Below, in pieces: positions 23,101 through 37,600 of a stretch of 64,000 nucleotides of DNA. How positions within the stretch are numbered: the stretch's first letter is position 1; every line of letters starts with the position of its first letter. Origin of the DNA: Eledone cirrhosa. Lineage: Eukaryota. The stretch is taken from positions 33,170,001-33,234,000 of the forward strand of contig OZ024745.1 in the NCBI GenBank assembly GCA_964016885.1, given 5' to 3'. The notes under the pieces are model-generated. The model was given only the letters and a program-made list of their open reading frames with translations, ran no database searches and was not told the DNA's origin. The position numbers and the translations under genes were made by a program.

Positions 23101-25373
23101 GCCAAGTGTTCTCCTTGTAGCTGTGATAGAGCTTATGTAAATTGTATTTCATATTCATTTAATATATGGAAATATACATAGTCTCGCTGTGAAAAAACTT
23201 TGGGGTTTAAAACCTCCAAAAGACAGCTTGAAAAATGTGATTCCAATTTTCATTAAAATCCTGCCAGAATACCACAAAATATTTTATGAATTTGTCTTCA
23301 AGCTTTAGATTATTAAAGAAAACTGCAACTTCCAAACGACCATTTAAAAGAAAATATATTGTCATCATGATGGTTTGTCCTTGAGAGAGATGTAGGCGAG
23401 TTATATAGTTAGGTAAGTTTTATAGGAACCATTAGAGACTCTTAAATGTGTAAGACTTGCCCTTCAGATGATTCTGGCTGTAAGTTGCTAAGGCCTGACA
23501 AGGTCATGCTCATACATTTTATGTTGGCTTGGTTTCTATGGCTGGATGCCCTTCCCAACACCAACCAATTTACTGTGTGTACTAGGATACAAATATTATG
23601 CGTTTTCCTGATAAACATTTTTTTCTTCTTACATTACTTAATTCAATCCAGACTTTTTCATTGTCTTTCTGGTTTATTCTTTACAGCCAGCTCATGTCAA
23701 ATGCTCATTGTGAACTCCATATCTATCTTGTCAATTCTCACCACATTATCTTCTGTAACACCTGAATCTCATATTTGTTTAATTATCAGCTGTTCTGCTT
23801 CTCAAATGAAACTCAACCTCTTTGATACAATCTCTGTTACACACCACTTATTGTTGACTTCTACACAATGTATTTGTGAATATCAACTGTTTAGTTGTTA
23901 GTGAGTTGGTCTCACAGTTATTAGATCAGGTGATGCAATTGAGTCCTTCAGCAAAACATTTTATTTTACATTTCTCCTGTCCACTCAGCTGAAATATGAG
24001 TAACACACCACAGATGCAAGTTAACCTTGTGATGGATTGGCATCCTGTCCAAGAGGAGTCTTGTACTCTCAGTTTCTTGATGTCACATGAAACTAAGATA
24101 AATTTTTCCTTGATAAGTCTCAAGAAATAATATCATTAAAAGTATTTAACATCTAGGGCAGTGCCCCAGCATGGTCTTAGTTTAATAACTGAAATCAGGA
24201 AAAGAGTGATCTATAGCAGATAATGCATGTTATGAAAGTCACCAGGCCTGCATAATTATTCACATTAGAGGGAGTAGCTGATGAGGTCAAGCAGTGTTTA
24301 GTTATGTCCCTTTTCATTCTGAGGTCGACTTCGACTTTCATTTTTCCATGGTTGATGAAATACCAGACAACTACTGGGATCAATCTAATCGACTATGCCG
24401 TCCGTTAATGATGTCTGGCTTTGTGCCGCTGTTTGAAATCCTTTAGTACTTAGCCATGTAACCAGGACAGACCAACTTTGTAATACTGTAATATTGACTG
24501 AGCGGACAAATGAGCTTTGGCTGATTTATTTAGAACCATTTAAAACAAGTCAGTATTAAAACTTGAAAGTTTAAAATATATACATTAACCCTTTGTTGCT
24601 ATAATTTCCCTATTTTGAAAATAATCTAGAATTCTTAGGGATTTAATAATTTTATCCTTTTGATACCATTGTATCTATTTCAATTAATTAATGAAGAATT
24701 TGGTGGGATTTATTAAAATTATGAATTTATTTTTAAGATAGTAATTGTAACATAACTTAAAAAGTTTTATATTAAATAGGAACCCCTTAAAATGGGTGTT
24801 TTTGTTTCGTAGAATCAGGTTGGTATCAAAACAAATAACTTTCTCATTATTAAGCTAGTATTTGCAATATAGTTTAAAGGATCTTACATAAAAGTAATGA
24901 AAGTATGGTAAAATGAAACAGCTTAGTATTGTACCATGACAGTTGAACAATTTGTGATTATATATGTGTGTATAGTTGACAGATAAGAGAAAAGAGTACT
25001 CAATACTGAAGTAGAGTTTAAATAGTGAGTCTTGTTACTCTGGACTGTCACCTGCTTGCAGACAAGATCATCTTGTCTGATGACATTGTGAACACGCAGG
25101 TGACAGTCCAGAGTAACAAGACTCACTATTTAGCTTTAATAAAATGAAAATATATAATATAGTATAGGTAGCTATGTGTTTAAATTGGTAGTAAGATATC
25201 CCACAAGTAATAAGTGAATACAACCAATCTTAGCTATGATTCACATCCAGTGAAGATCACTCTGAAGCTATAGTATAGATGGAAATATGTATAGCTACCT
25301 ACAATAAACACAACAGAGGACAACATGCTTCACTGCATGCATGTATTGAGCATTAATCTTTACACACATGTAT

Positions 25374-25417
<44 letters not shown>

Positions 25418-27509
25418 CACTATATTCTTATGATCTGTTATTTTTTTCTGACTTATTATAAGGATAGTAGAATGAGTACAAGTAGGTCAAACTATGTTAC
25501 AGTATTTAGTTATGTCCCTTCATTTTCTGAGTTCAAATCCTGCTTTTCATCCCTTGTGCCAATAAACTATGTATCAGTAGTATAATTCTTTGTAATATTG
25601 GTACAAGGCCAGCAATTTGGGGAAAGTCAATTATACTGACCCCAGAAGATTGACAGGATTTGAACCCAGAACGTCTAAATACTACACAGCATTTTGTTTG
25701 ATGTTAATCTGATACTGATACTCCGAGTGTGGATCAGCAGTAATACAATGATAGTTGATCAGTTTCCTCTATTCCTTAGACCTAACTTAGAAATTAATAT
25801 TATTATATGTGAAGGCATGGAGCCTATTAGTGTATTTGACTCTTGATCACAAGATGATGGGGTTGATTCCCGGGAACTTTATTTCAAGGTAGAGTCTTGT
25901 CCTCTCAGTGACTTAACATTCACAAAGTTCCAGGCTTTGTCCAATCGATGTAAAAATGATAAACCCTCACTCAACTCTATTATTATTAGGATGGTGGGAA
26001 GTCAACTTTGTCTTTCATTTTTCTGGGGTCAATAAAATAATGTGTTGGGGTTGATTTAATTGACTTATCACACTTTCCTTAAATTACTGGCATTGTGCTT
26101 AAATTAGAATGGTGGATTGGCAGAATGGTTAGAGCACGGGAAAACATTCTTTGTTGCAGCATTTATCCCGGCCTTTTCTATTCTGAGTTCAAATCCTGTC
26201 AAAATTAATTCTACTTTTCATCCTTCCATTGTCAACAAAACAAAGTACTAGTTAAGTTGATTTAATTGACTTTCCCCTCTCCTCTCCTCAAATTGCAGGG
26301 CTTGTGCCAAAATTAGAAACCATTCTTATATTATTATTATTAATTATTTCTAAATGCAGTCTTATATTTTAGATTGTGTTTAGCATTCATTAATATTTTA
26401 TCAAATTTTCAATACACTGACTTGAAACTCTGTAAAATAATGTACAAAAAATAAACTATAAAATATAAAAGCATGGAATTAATTTATTGTATTTTTTAAA
26501 TAAATGTTGGTAACATTTACTAAATATTTATGTATTTATTGATTAAAGTTATGTTTCTATATGTTTTATAACTTGTTTTTTTTTTTTTGCTAGCTTAATG
26601 GCTTTTCATGTCACACAAGCATTTGCCACTATATAATGGGTGTAGGTACTTTTTCTACTTTTTACTCTCTACCCAACCTAGCTGAAGTTGGAACATGGAT
26701 TTCTTGGAGCTACATACAGATAGAGAGTATATTGTTGCAACAGTTGGAGTAGCAGATGCATCTGCAATAATGAAATATTGTCACTTCTGTATTTTCCTCA
26801 TATAGAAGGTGTTGTAATTCTTTGGTTACTGATGCTGTCAATGTTTAATTAGATAGTCTTTGTTTTGCTGGTGTATCTCTTCTTCATTCTGAGAGTCTTG
26901 TGATGGGGAGGCACCATATTTGAAAGGCAGGGTGGAAGGGATGAAAAAGTTGGTCATATTTGTTAGCAAGAAGACAACCATCATATATGCATGTGTGTAA
27001 ATGTCATTGATTTCCAGTCTCATTCACAATTGTCAATTTTTTTCTAATATTTTTATTATTTCTTTCCAAACCAACAATGACCACTTCAACTTATTATGCA
27101 AGAGACAGGAATTCAATAGTTTATAATCCTATTGCAAACATGACACACAGCCACCCTCCCCTCTAAAACCTCACTGATATTACTACAAGAAGTTTTAAGG
27201 TCATTTCCTCAACTAAGTTTACTCAAGTAAGTCTCATTTCAGGCTTCACACTTATGATAAAGGAACCTTTCTGAAGCAAGGTTTTACAGCTGGATGCCCT
27301 TCCTGGTGATAACACCTTTGGTCGACAAACAGTACAGTATATGGAAGGAATATATTAGTTTAACACTTGAAATAGCAGGATGAGGGTCTTAACGTTTTGG
27401 ACGCTAGTCTGTCATCAGAAGAGAGAATGAGAAATTGGAAAGATTGAGGTGACAGGCAGGAATTTCTCAATATTAAATATGATATATTGTTAGAGATATC
27501 TATAGTTAT

Positions 27510-27806
27510 TTAGAAAGGTTGCAGAGTTGCCATAATACCTTGGAGAGACCAATGAGCTGGTGGTGTGTTTTCTTTATAAATATCAATCTCTAGTATTGGT
27601 TTCTTGTCATTGGTACGAGTTCCATAAACAGGACATGGATAAGTATTCTCCTTCATGTTTTGACTGTAATATATATGAATCACTGGCAATTGAACTGGCG
27701 ACCCTTTTGTAATTGTGTCTAACACTTGTCCAAGCATTCTGTCCCAAATGAAATCCCATGTGTAGACTCCATAAATGAAAACTCCTTCAGCTGGTGGCTC
27801 TCGGAT
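27510..27806 (-). CDS. Dynein heavy chain-like last coding exon
   Basis: aag|[13 protein letters not shown]...WD...LPVIH...YPCPVYGT...[14 protein letters not shown]. Confidence 0.88.
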   Translation of the reverse strand: MREPPAEGVFIYGVYTWDFIWDRMLGQVLDTITKGSPVQLPVIHIYYSQNMKENTYPCPVYGTRTNDKKPILEIDIYKENTPPAHWSLQGIMATLQPF

Positions 27807-30800
27807 CTTTAAATATAAAACCAGAAGATTATGAATGAGACACACACAAAAGACTGGATGTGAAACTGGATATAAAATGTACATTCACACACACACCAAA
27901 TACTATGGATATGAAACACTCATTCAATCAATCATCACCATCACTTATTATTATTCTGACATCCATGATTCTAAGCTGGTATGGGTTGGATGGGTTTGTA
28001 GTTGTGAATAACACCACCTGTCACAATCCTGCGTTATCAATTGTGAGCTCTAATATCTTGAGATGTACCTCGGGCTTCCTTCCTATGCTACAGCACACGC
28101 ATTACATTTTATAATCCATCAGTTCAAGCCTTGTATTAACTACTTTTCCAGAATGCTAACCTTCTTGCTTAATTTCTTTCTTACAGCCATAATTTGCAGT
28201 TCTTATAGAACAGTGGTTCCAAAATTTCTTTACTCACGGCACATTTTTGAAAAAGTAAAAATATGCTGGTGCGCTTTTGTACCATAAATTAGAAAATTTT
28301 AAATGAAACCAGTCTATCAGTTGAAGTGAGAATGTTTTGATTTCTAACCTTGCATTCTTGTGCAAATATTTCGGCGAAATATTCTAGCTTGGAAATCCAA
28401 AATAACACATCTAACATAATTAACCAAAATAAACTGTACACACGAACCACCCCTCATTCTTAATACAGTTGACAGATTGCGCTATTTTTAGCAAATCTTG
28501 TTATTAAACTTTACTTGTTTGCCACTTTGACAGCTATATATGAACTTTCATATGAATTTCAGTTTGTATTTTTCACATCTTAGTCTTTTGTGGTCCATCT
28601 AGTTACATCTCGTGGTGTATGGTTTGGAAACCACTGTTCTAGAAGAACACAAACTGCATCAATCACATCAGTCTTAGAAGATCTATGTGATGACCATAGA
28701 TGCAGCATTTTCTTCCATACCAAACTATACAAAAAAAAGAAACAAAGAAATCAATCAACATACATGATCTTTATCTCTTCCTGTGATTACTGTATGGACT
28801 GTAATTGTCTCATAATCACTATTTTCAGCTGACATCTTGGAGATAAACTCTCTTCTAAACAAGGATAAAAACATTCTTGGTCTTAAGAATGCACCAAGCC
28901 AGTATGAGGGCATTTTCTCTCGACCCTGCCAAAGAATATTAACAAAAAAATTATATAACCAAAGCATGGTGATATCATTGTTGTTTTTACATCCAGTTTT
29001 CCATTATAACAATCCCAGATCAGGCTATAGCTATAATGATATATCAATCCCAAATCAGGCTATAGCTATAATGATATAACAATTCTAGATCAGACTATAG
29101 CTATAATGATATATACAAGGGTAGGCTGAAAAGTTCATAGGCTGACTTTGAAGGATTGATGCTAGAACAGTGAAATCTTGCATGCATTAATTTCAATTCT
29201 TCTTATTAATAACTGCATTGTTTCTTTTCAGGAACTATGTTGAAAAATAAACCTCATTTGGTCATTCCATGAGAGTATCTTTGTCAGCCTATGAACCTTT
29301 CAGCCGACCCTCGTATACCAATCCTGGATCACACCATATCTTTAGTATTACATAATACATCGGTGAGATTAAAAACAAACTCACAAGATATGTAATCTTT
29401 TCAAGAAACGTAGATCTGTTTTGCAGCTGTTGAATCCATTGTGTCAAGTCAATTGTATGTGGTGTGGCTGTCTCTCCAATAAGTTTGTTCCAAGTATTGG
29501 GTACTTTATGATATAAAATATCTCCTGCTACATCTATAATTTCCTCAGAGAAACTCACACTTAAATCGTTCTTTTCAAAGATTGATTTGATAGTCTGTAA
29601 AAATAATAGTAAATTAAATTAAATAAAGTTCTAGTTTCTTATTGATTATATTCTTTTAATAAATTCAGTCCTTACACTGGAGTCATACTGGGACACTAAA
29701 GAAAGGAATGTAAAAAAATAAATACCACAAGGTAATTTTGAGCAATGTACTGATTTGTCCAACAGTTGCCGATGTACTACCTATACACATATGTATATAT
29801 ATATGTTTTGAGAAGCCAGTATTGGTGAAACTTTAAAATAAATAGTTGCTATTAATAATAAATATTTATACATATTGTCCTCCTTTAACATCTGTTTTCT
29901 CTGTTGCAAGGATTGCATGGACCATTGCAATTTGATCAGTACTTAAATGAAGCTCTCCGATGGGCCAGGATCTCTTTCACCTATGTTCCTGCACTCTGTA
30001 AATTTCTCTAATGGACTGGGGACCCACATGTTTCTTACATACGATCTTGCACTCAACTAAGTGCATTTTATCATAGCACCAGCACTAGGGAGATTGTTAT
30101 ATCTTTGACACAACTGAAGAGACCTCTTGCCCCTTTGTTTGGTAAGTTTTCTATGGCTGGGTGGTCTTCTTAATACCAACCTCTTTACAGAGTGTATTGA
30201 GTGCATTTATGTAGATCAACACTCAAGAGGTAGTTGTGTACCTGAAAACTATATATATGCATAGGCACGATTGGATTCTGCAGAATTTCTATCTACCAAA
30301 TTTTATTACCAAGGTTATGGTCAACCCAATGATATGGTAGAAAGCATTGCTCAAGTTGTCTTGCAGTAGGATCACATCTGCAACTATAAAGAACAGCCAC
30401 AACAGCAACAACCATAAAGAACACCACCACAAACAACAACATCACCACTACCACAGAAAACAAGAAAAGCAACACCATGAACAACCACAACAACAATAAC
30501 CACTACCATGAACAACAGCAACAGCACCACCATAAACAATCACAACAACAAACACTACAAACAACAGCAGCACCACCATCACAAACACCACTACCACCAT
30601 GAACAGCAACTACAATAGCCCTACCACTACAAATAACACTAACACAAAAAACACCATCACCTCCACTCCGAACAACACCACCACCACTATGAACAGCAGC
30701 AGCAGCAGAACAACCATGGGCAACACCACTACCACCACCACAGCAAACAATATTACCACCACCACCACAGCAAACATTATTACCACCACCACCACCACCA

Positions 30801-31652
30801 CCACCACAGCAAACAATATTACTATCACCACCACCACAGCAAACAATATTACCATCACCACCACCACCACCACCACAGCAAACAATATTACCACCACGAA
30901 CAACGTCATTACTACTATAGATCAAACCTGTAATGATGTCTTCACTTCATTAATTATTTTATAGAGAAGAAATATTTCTCCCAAAATAAAATTAGTATAG
31001 GCAGTGGCACCTCCAAGTTTAGACATTCTGATGAGAAGATATTCCTGAAGGTAGAAAAATGGCAAAGATAAGCAATGTTAGTCTGTTAGAAGATATTCCT
31101 GAAGGTAGAGAAAGTTCAGCAATGTTAGTCAGAGAAGGAAGGGGCAGTACTCCCAATATTTTCAGGATACTCCCAGACTGGTGAGATTGTTGTGCGTAAT
31201 CCATTTAACAAATTCATATTTAAATTAAGATCTGTTAGCATAATTTGATATATAAGAACCTTTTGTTAAGTTATGTTATATATACCATCTTAATGAAATA
31301 AGTAACAATTTTAGTAAATACTAGCAGAATGGCCCGGCGTTGCTCGGGATTTGCTCTAGGGTTCTTATATATTTGATATATATTTATCCTTCTCGAGCCT
31401 CGTGAAGTAAATACGTTTGTTTATATTTTGTTATTGTGTATGTAAAAATATGTGTACACGAATATATAAATAACAGTACAGAGAAGTACGGAATACCTCG
31501 GCCTCGGGTTGGAGTCTACATTTTGTGCTTATAAAAAAAATTTGTCGTACATTACCAGGGTTTTTTTCTGTTCGAAGAAAATCAATACTTTATCGCGAAA
31601 TAATTACTTTTGTTTATATATGTGTATGCAAAAATATCTGTACACAAATATA

Positions 31653-31688
<36 letters not shown>

Positions 31689-34600
31689 TAACAGATTAAA
31701 GTTTAAGCAAAGAATCGCTGCTTTCACCCTTAACGGGATCTTCTGAAACTAAAATAATAAATCTGTGAACGCAGAAGTAAATATTTCGAAAAACGTTACA
31801 CACTATATATATATATACACACACACTATATATACATATACACACACTATATATACATATACATACACACACAGCGTCATAATGACAATGCAGACAGCCA
31901 GGCATACAGACAGATATTATAAAGGCGCAACGTTATATCTATGTATCTATCTAAAAGGAGAAAGACTAAGAATTATAGAGAGGAGATCGCTAAATCGTCT
32001 AATGTGGTTCCTAGGGCATTGAAAATTTGAAATTTATTTTGCTCAAAACACTCACGGGACCACAATTATTACATGTGTAAAGTTTGGGTGGTTCTCGAGT
32101 TTTAGTGATTGGACAGACAGACAGACAAACAGACATTCTCTGTTTTAGTAATATAGATCATAGCTCCAAATTCTTCATTAATTAACTAGAACACAGCATG
32201 TTTCATTAAAAATATGGGAATGAAAGGGTTAAGTAGCATAAGTCAAAGAAAGTGGACACCTGAAGGATTTAGTAATATAACTTAGTCATTATGAAGCTAT
32301 TGGTAGAGCGGCAGACACCATGCTTTGCAGCATAGAGTTATGGCACATTAAGTTCTGAGTTCAAATCTCGCTGAGGTTAACTTTGCCTTTCATCCTTACG
32401 GTGTCGATAAAATAAAGTACCAGTAATGCACTGGGGTAATTGCTGGCCTTGTGCCAAAAGTAGAAACAATTATTAAGCTAATGTTTGGAACATAACTTAA
32501 CAAAAGTTTTTACATACAATTATCATGAGAGGTTTTTAGATAAATATAAACATTTAAAAATAGTCAGCTTAGTATTAGAAAACCAGTTTCATGTGGTTAG
32601 GTATCAAAAGGGTGAAACGCTTAATTTCATTCCAGGTATTCTCTGTGAAGGTGTGTGGCCTAGTGGTAAGGGTGTTGAACTTACAATCATGATGTTGGAC
32701 AGGGTTGAGTGTTGTCTTCTTGAGCAAAACACTTCATTTCACATTGCTCCAGTATACTCAGCTGAAAATGAGTACTAACAATAGCTGGGGTTTAACCCTG
32801 CAGTGGACAGGTGAAGTCTTGTACTCTCAGTCACTTAACACTAAGGAAACTGGGATAAACATTGGCCTGATGAGCCTCCAGGCTTGAGACAGACTTAAGC
32901 AGGTCATCTCTAACTGTTGTTGAACCTTTTAGTAGAAAAACAGTGTTTTCTGTTAGAATGAGACATGGTAAGTAAGAGGAATCGACTGTCTAGCTTCACC
33001 ACCACCAACATGACCACCATTGCCGCCACACCTTTTTCATGCTGGCATGGGCCTGACAAGTAATCACAGTCCTTGACTAGACAGGAGGAGAAACACTTGG
33101 TTCTTGGTCATATGTTCCATAGAAATAAATACTATTCTCTAAAATTCTCTGAACAGAGATAAATTTAAGGTTTCTTTCTGCCAACAAAAAATATCCAGTT
33201 TGGTGTTAAAACTGACCTTTGAAAGGGTTCTGGGTAGTTTGGCTATTAATGTCCCACATAACTGCCACATTTCAATAGATGACCTCCAGTGTTCTATCTG
33301 TTGTTCTGGACAATATTCCACCACCAATGGCGCTGGAGTCATTCCATCTGATGATAAATTGGATTTTTTTAGGTAGGCAATATAGTGTTTAAACTTTATT
33401 TTAATTATTCATAACAAACATTTATTTATTTTTACAGAATGTGAAATGAAGTTGTGTAATGCTCATTCCAAACAGATTACACCGTGTAACATATTTTTTG
33501 TTCCCCTGTTCCAAGTATCATTTCCTGGTTTGTTATATCCCATTATTATAAAAAAACACTATTATTTAATTAGAAGTTTGGGTTTGTGGTCAGGAGTTTG
33601 ATATTTCGAAATTTTCATATTTTTCAAGAAAAAACACATTTTAAAAAAAATTATCAGTTCATATAATTAAATCAACAGAGTATATATTTATTTTTTATTA
33701 CACAAGCTTATCAAAAGCAAACAAGTAAAAACAAACACTTATAAAGCAACTTATACACGTCAGAAATGACTGGATTTCCTGGATTTGCGGTTGTAGTCCA
33801 GGTCGCATTCCCACACTAGCTCCCAGATATAGTCCCCCATCATTTTTTCATTGTAGTGGCCCTGGTACCTCCGCTCTATCTCTTTCACATCTTGGTGGAA
33901 TCGTTCGCCTTGTTCTTCTGAGTAGGCGCCCATATTGTCCTTCAATTTTTCCAGGTGAGCGTCCAGCATATGGAGTTTAAGCGACATCCTGCATCCCATG
34001 GCGCCAAAAGCCTTTATCAGATCCTGCACCAGTTGCTGGTAGTTTTCAGCCCTGTAGTTGCCCAGGAAGCCCTTAACAACTGCCTTGAAACAGTTCCATG
34101 CTGTTCTCTCAATCCTATTGAGCTTATTGGAGAACTCGGTAGACTCAAACACCTTCTTTATCTGAGGTCCAACAAAAATTCCACCTTTGATTTTGGCCTC
34201 AGATAACTTGGGGAAGAACTCAAGAAGGTACTTAAAAGTGGCTGATTCTTGGTTGAGAGCCTTCACAAACTGCTTCATCAACCTCAGCTTAATGTGCAGT
34301 GGCAGCATGAGCACAATCCAGTGGCTCCCACATGACATTCCGGGTCCCAACTACAAATTCTGTTTGCTGCTCCCAGTTCTTTCTTTTGTAGTGGTCAGAG
34401 GTGCCTCTGCTGTCCCAAAGGCAGAGAAAGCATTGGAATTTGATAAAGCCTCCTTGGAGTCCAAGCAGGAAAGCCCACCATCTTGAAGTCTCCAATGATT
34501 TCCCAATTGTACTGGTTGTATTGCAGAGCTTCCAAGAGGACTTTCACACTGTAGTAATCTTCCTTCAGGCAGACTGAATGAGCTAGGGGCAGTGTCGGGA

Positions 34601-37600
34601 ACTTGTTTTTATTGTGGAGGAGGACAGCCTTCAAACTTGTGGTGGAGCTGTCTATAAATAGCCGCCACTCCTTGGGCACAAACGGCACCCCAATAACGTA
34701 AAACAGTCCAGGCACATCATGGCAGAAGCAGAGGCCATCCCTAAGAGTGTAAAAGCCTGAGAAAGGTTTGTGTCGACTTCTCTGACTTGTCACCTGCACT
34801 TCCTCCTTGACCAAGTTGCACTGCTTCATCCTGGAGACGAATGCTTAAAACACAACTTACCCTTTATTCAGGGTGCGAAAATCCAGTATCAATAAATCTC
34901 TTTAATCCACTTTTTAACAATTTTATACTTTATTGCACTTTTATAATTTTCTTTAGGTATTACTCTTTATTTTATAATTTTAATTTAACCTGAAACATAT
35001 ATAAAAAAATCATTTAACATAAGTAAATTAAACTTACATACAACGTAAAATCCAGCATACAAATAATTCTAGTGAATAGCTTAGAATTTTTACAAACCCA
35101 AACTTTTAACTGTTTAATAGCACTTTTTTATTTATTTGGAACCTAAGCAACACAAAAAAAAGCCAGGAACAGAGAACAAATTTTTTTTTGTTACACGGTG
35201 TTATCAGTGTCATATAGATGTAGCATGGCCAAATAGTTAAGAAGTTTACTTTGCAATTATAATGTCTAGGGTTTGATCCTATTGCGAGCATTTACCATAG
35301 CCCAAATCTTGTGAGTGAAATTGGTTAGCTGGAATTGGTTTGGAAGCCTGTTGGGTGGACTACAAGTAATTCAAGGGGCCAGCCTTGTCACACATTGTGT
35401 CATGCTGAAATCTCTGAGAATTAGGGTGCCTGTGTTTGTGGAATGTTCAGATATTTACAGGTTGTTCTGTTGATTGAACCACTGGAACACTGCTTGTTGA
35501 AACCAATGAACGTCCATTCCATCAATGTAACCGAAGTGAATTAGCTTCTGCTGGGAACCAAAATCATCTCACAGATTTGGAATTTTCAGGAGGCTTCTCT
35601 CTTCTCCACAGAATTGATTACAATAATTATACATATTAACCTTCTCGTTACCATATTTCTAATGAAAAATAAGGCTTATAATTTTCAAATAATTTTGAAA
35701 ATCAAGAATTTGGTGGAATTTAGTCATATAATCGTCTCATTATTAACCTGATTTTGGAGCATAACTTAACAAAGGTTATTTTATGGTGGAAGGTTTTAAT
35801 TAAAATGAAAGTGGGCTTTAAATGATGATAATTGTTTCTACTTTAGGCACAAGGCCAGCAATTACTGGTACTTTATTTTATCGACCCCGTAAGGATGACA
35901 GGCAAAGTCAACCTCGGCGGGATTTGAACTCAGATCGTAAAGGGACATAACTATGCTGGAAAGCATGGCGTCCGACCCTCTACTGATACTGCCAATCCAC
36001 CGCCCTAATGATAATGAACACTTTAAAATGAGCAATTTTGTATCATAAACCTATGGGCAGTTTCAGGCAAGTTGGTATAAAAAAAGCACCTAAAACAAAA
36101 AGTACCCAGTCCACTCTGTAAGGTGTTAGTGCCCGAGTCATGATAGAATGCTCCAAATATACACTGTAAAGTGGTTGGCATTAGGAAAGGCATCCAGTTA
36201 TAGAAACCAATTCAATAATAGATCATATGAGTAAGATAAGGTCACTGACCTGTCTAGCCTCACACAGCAGCCCATCTAAGCTATGCAAGCATGGGTAATA
36301 GATGTTAAACAGTGATAATAATGATGAACAACAAGGCCAACAATTTGTGGCGAGGAGGAAGTTGATTAAATTGACCCCAGTGCATTACTGGTGCTTTATT
36401 TTATCGACCCTATAAGGATAAAAGGCAAAGTTAACCTTGCCTTTTATCCTTACAGAGTTGATAAAATAAAGCACCAGTAATGCACTGGGGTCAATTTAAA
36501 TAAAAAGAGAAATATTCGAACTGTAGAAGCATGGATAAGAGAACTAGAATCTTGTGGAAAATAAAACTATGTTTAATACCAGCCTGATCATAACCTATAT
36601 TGTCATAAAAATGATGATGATAGACAGTACTTGTAATTCAAAGGATCAGCCTTGTCATGTGAGGTCATGCTGAATCTCCCTGAGAATTATGTTAAGGGTA
36701 CACTGAGGGGGCTCGTGAGCTGAATTCAAAATTTCAGAACTTTGTTGCAAACAATGATGATGACGACAACAATGATGATGATGATGATGATGATGAGGAG
36801 GAGGAGGAGCAACATGACATTAGTTTGAAACATACCTGTTTTTGGTGGCATTGCAGCTAATAATTTGTCAAGTTGTCTCAGAACATATTCTTCATTTCTT
36901 GGTAACATCTACAGAAAATATGATGAAATTATTGTAAACCATTCTTTTTTAAAGAATAAACATATTTAATACTAACTTAACCATTTACAACAACAGGGGC
37001 TGCAAAAGCAACACACACAGAACAAAATCTCTTGAATCCCACCCTACCATCTAAAAAAAAAAAAAAAAATAAGGACACAAAAGATAACAGAGTATTAGAT
37101 ACAAGGATTGGCTGAAAAGTTCATAGGCTGACTATGAAGGAGTGATTCTAGAGCTGAGAAATATTGCATGCATTAATTTCAACTCTTATTAATAACTGCA
37201 TTGTTTCTTTCCAGGGACTATGTTGAAAAATCAATCAATTTGATCATTCCATGAGAGTATCTTGGTCAGCCTATGAACTTTTCAGCTGACTTGTAAATGA
37301 AGGAGTGAGGTATTTTTATAAACAACTTATGTTCATGAATTTCTTTGTGGATTTACAGAGAGAAATAAATGATATCAATGGTAGCAGTTCAGTGAAATAT
37401 TAAACTCATCACTTCACACCTATAGAAAGTGAAATATTTAAAACATAAAAACAAACAAACTGTACCTCTTGGTAGCTATGTAAGTGGCATATCAATGGTG
37501 AACTGAGAAATTGGTTTGGTATTTTGTCCAGTTCTTGCTGAAGGTTCATCAAATTTCTGGGCTTATTGTACAGAGCTGTTAGGCCTACATATTTTACTGA

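Noticed and set aside
19500-27509. An additional gene between the convergent stop codons
   Set aside because: Only AT-rich UTR-like sequence, SINE/MITE debris and short ORFs; no phase-compatible exon chain recognised.
30293-30964. Gly/Cys-, Thr/Asn- and Val-rich ORFs
   Set aside because: Translations of an intronic (AAC/ACC)n microsatellite.
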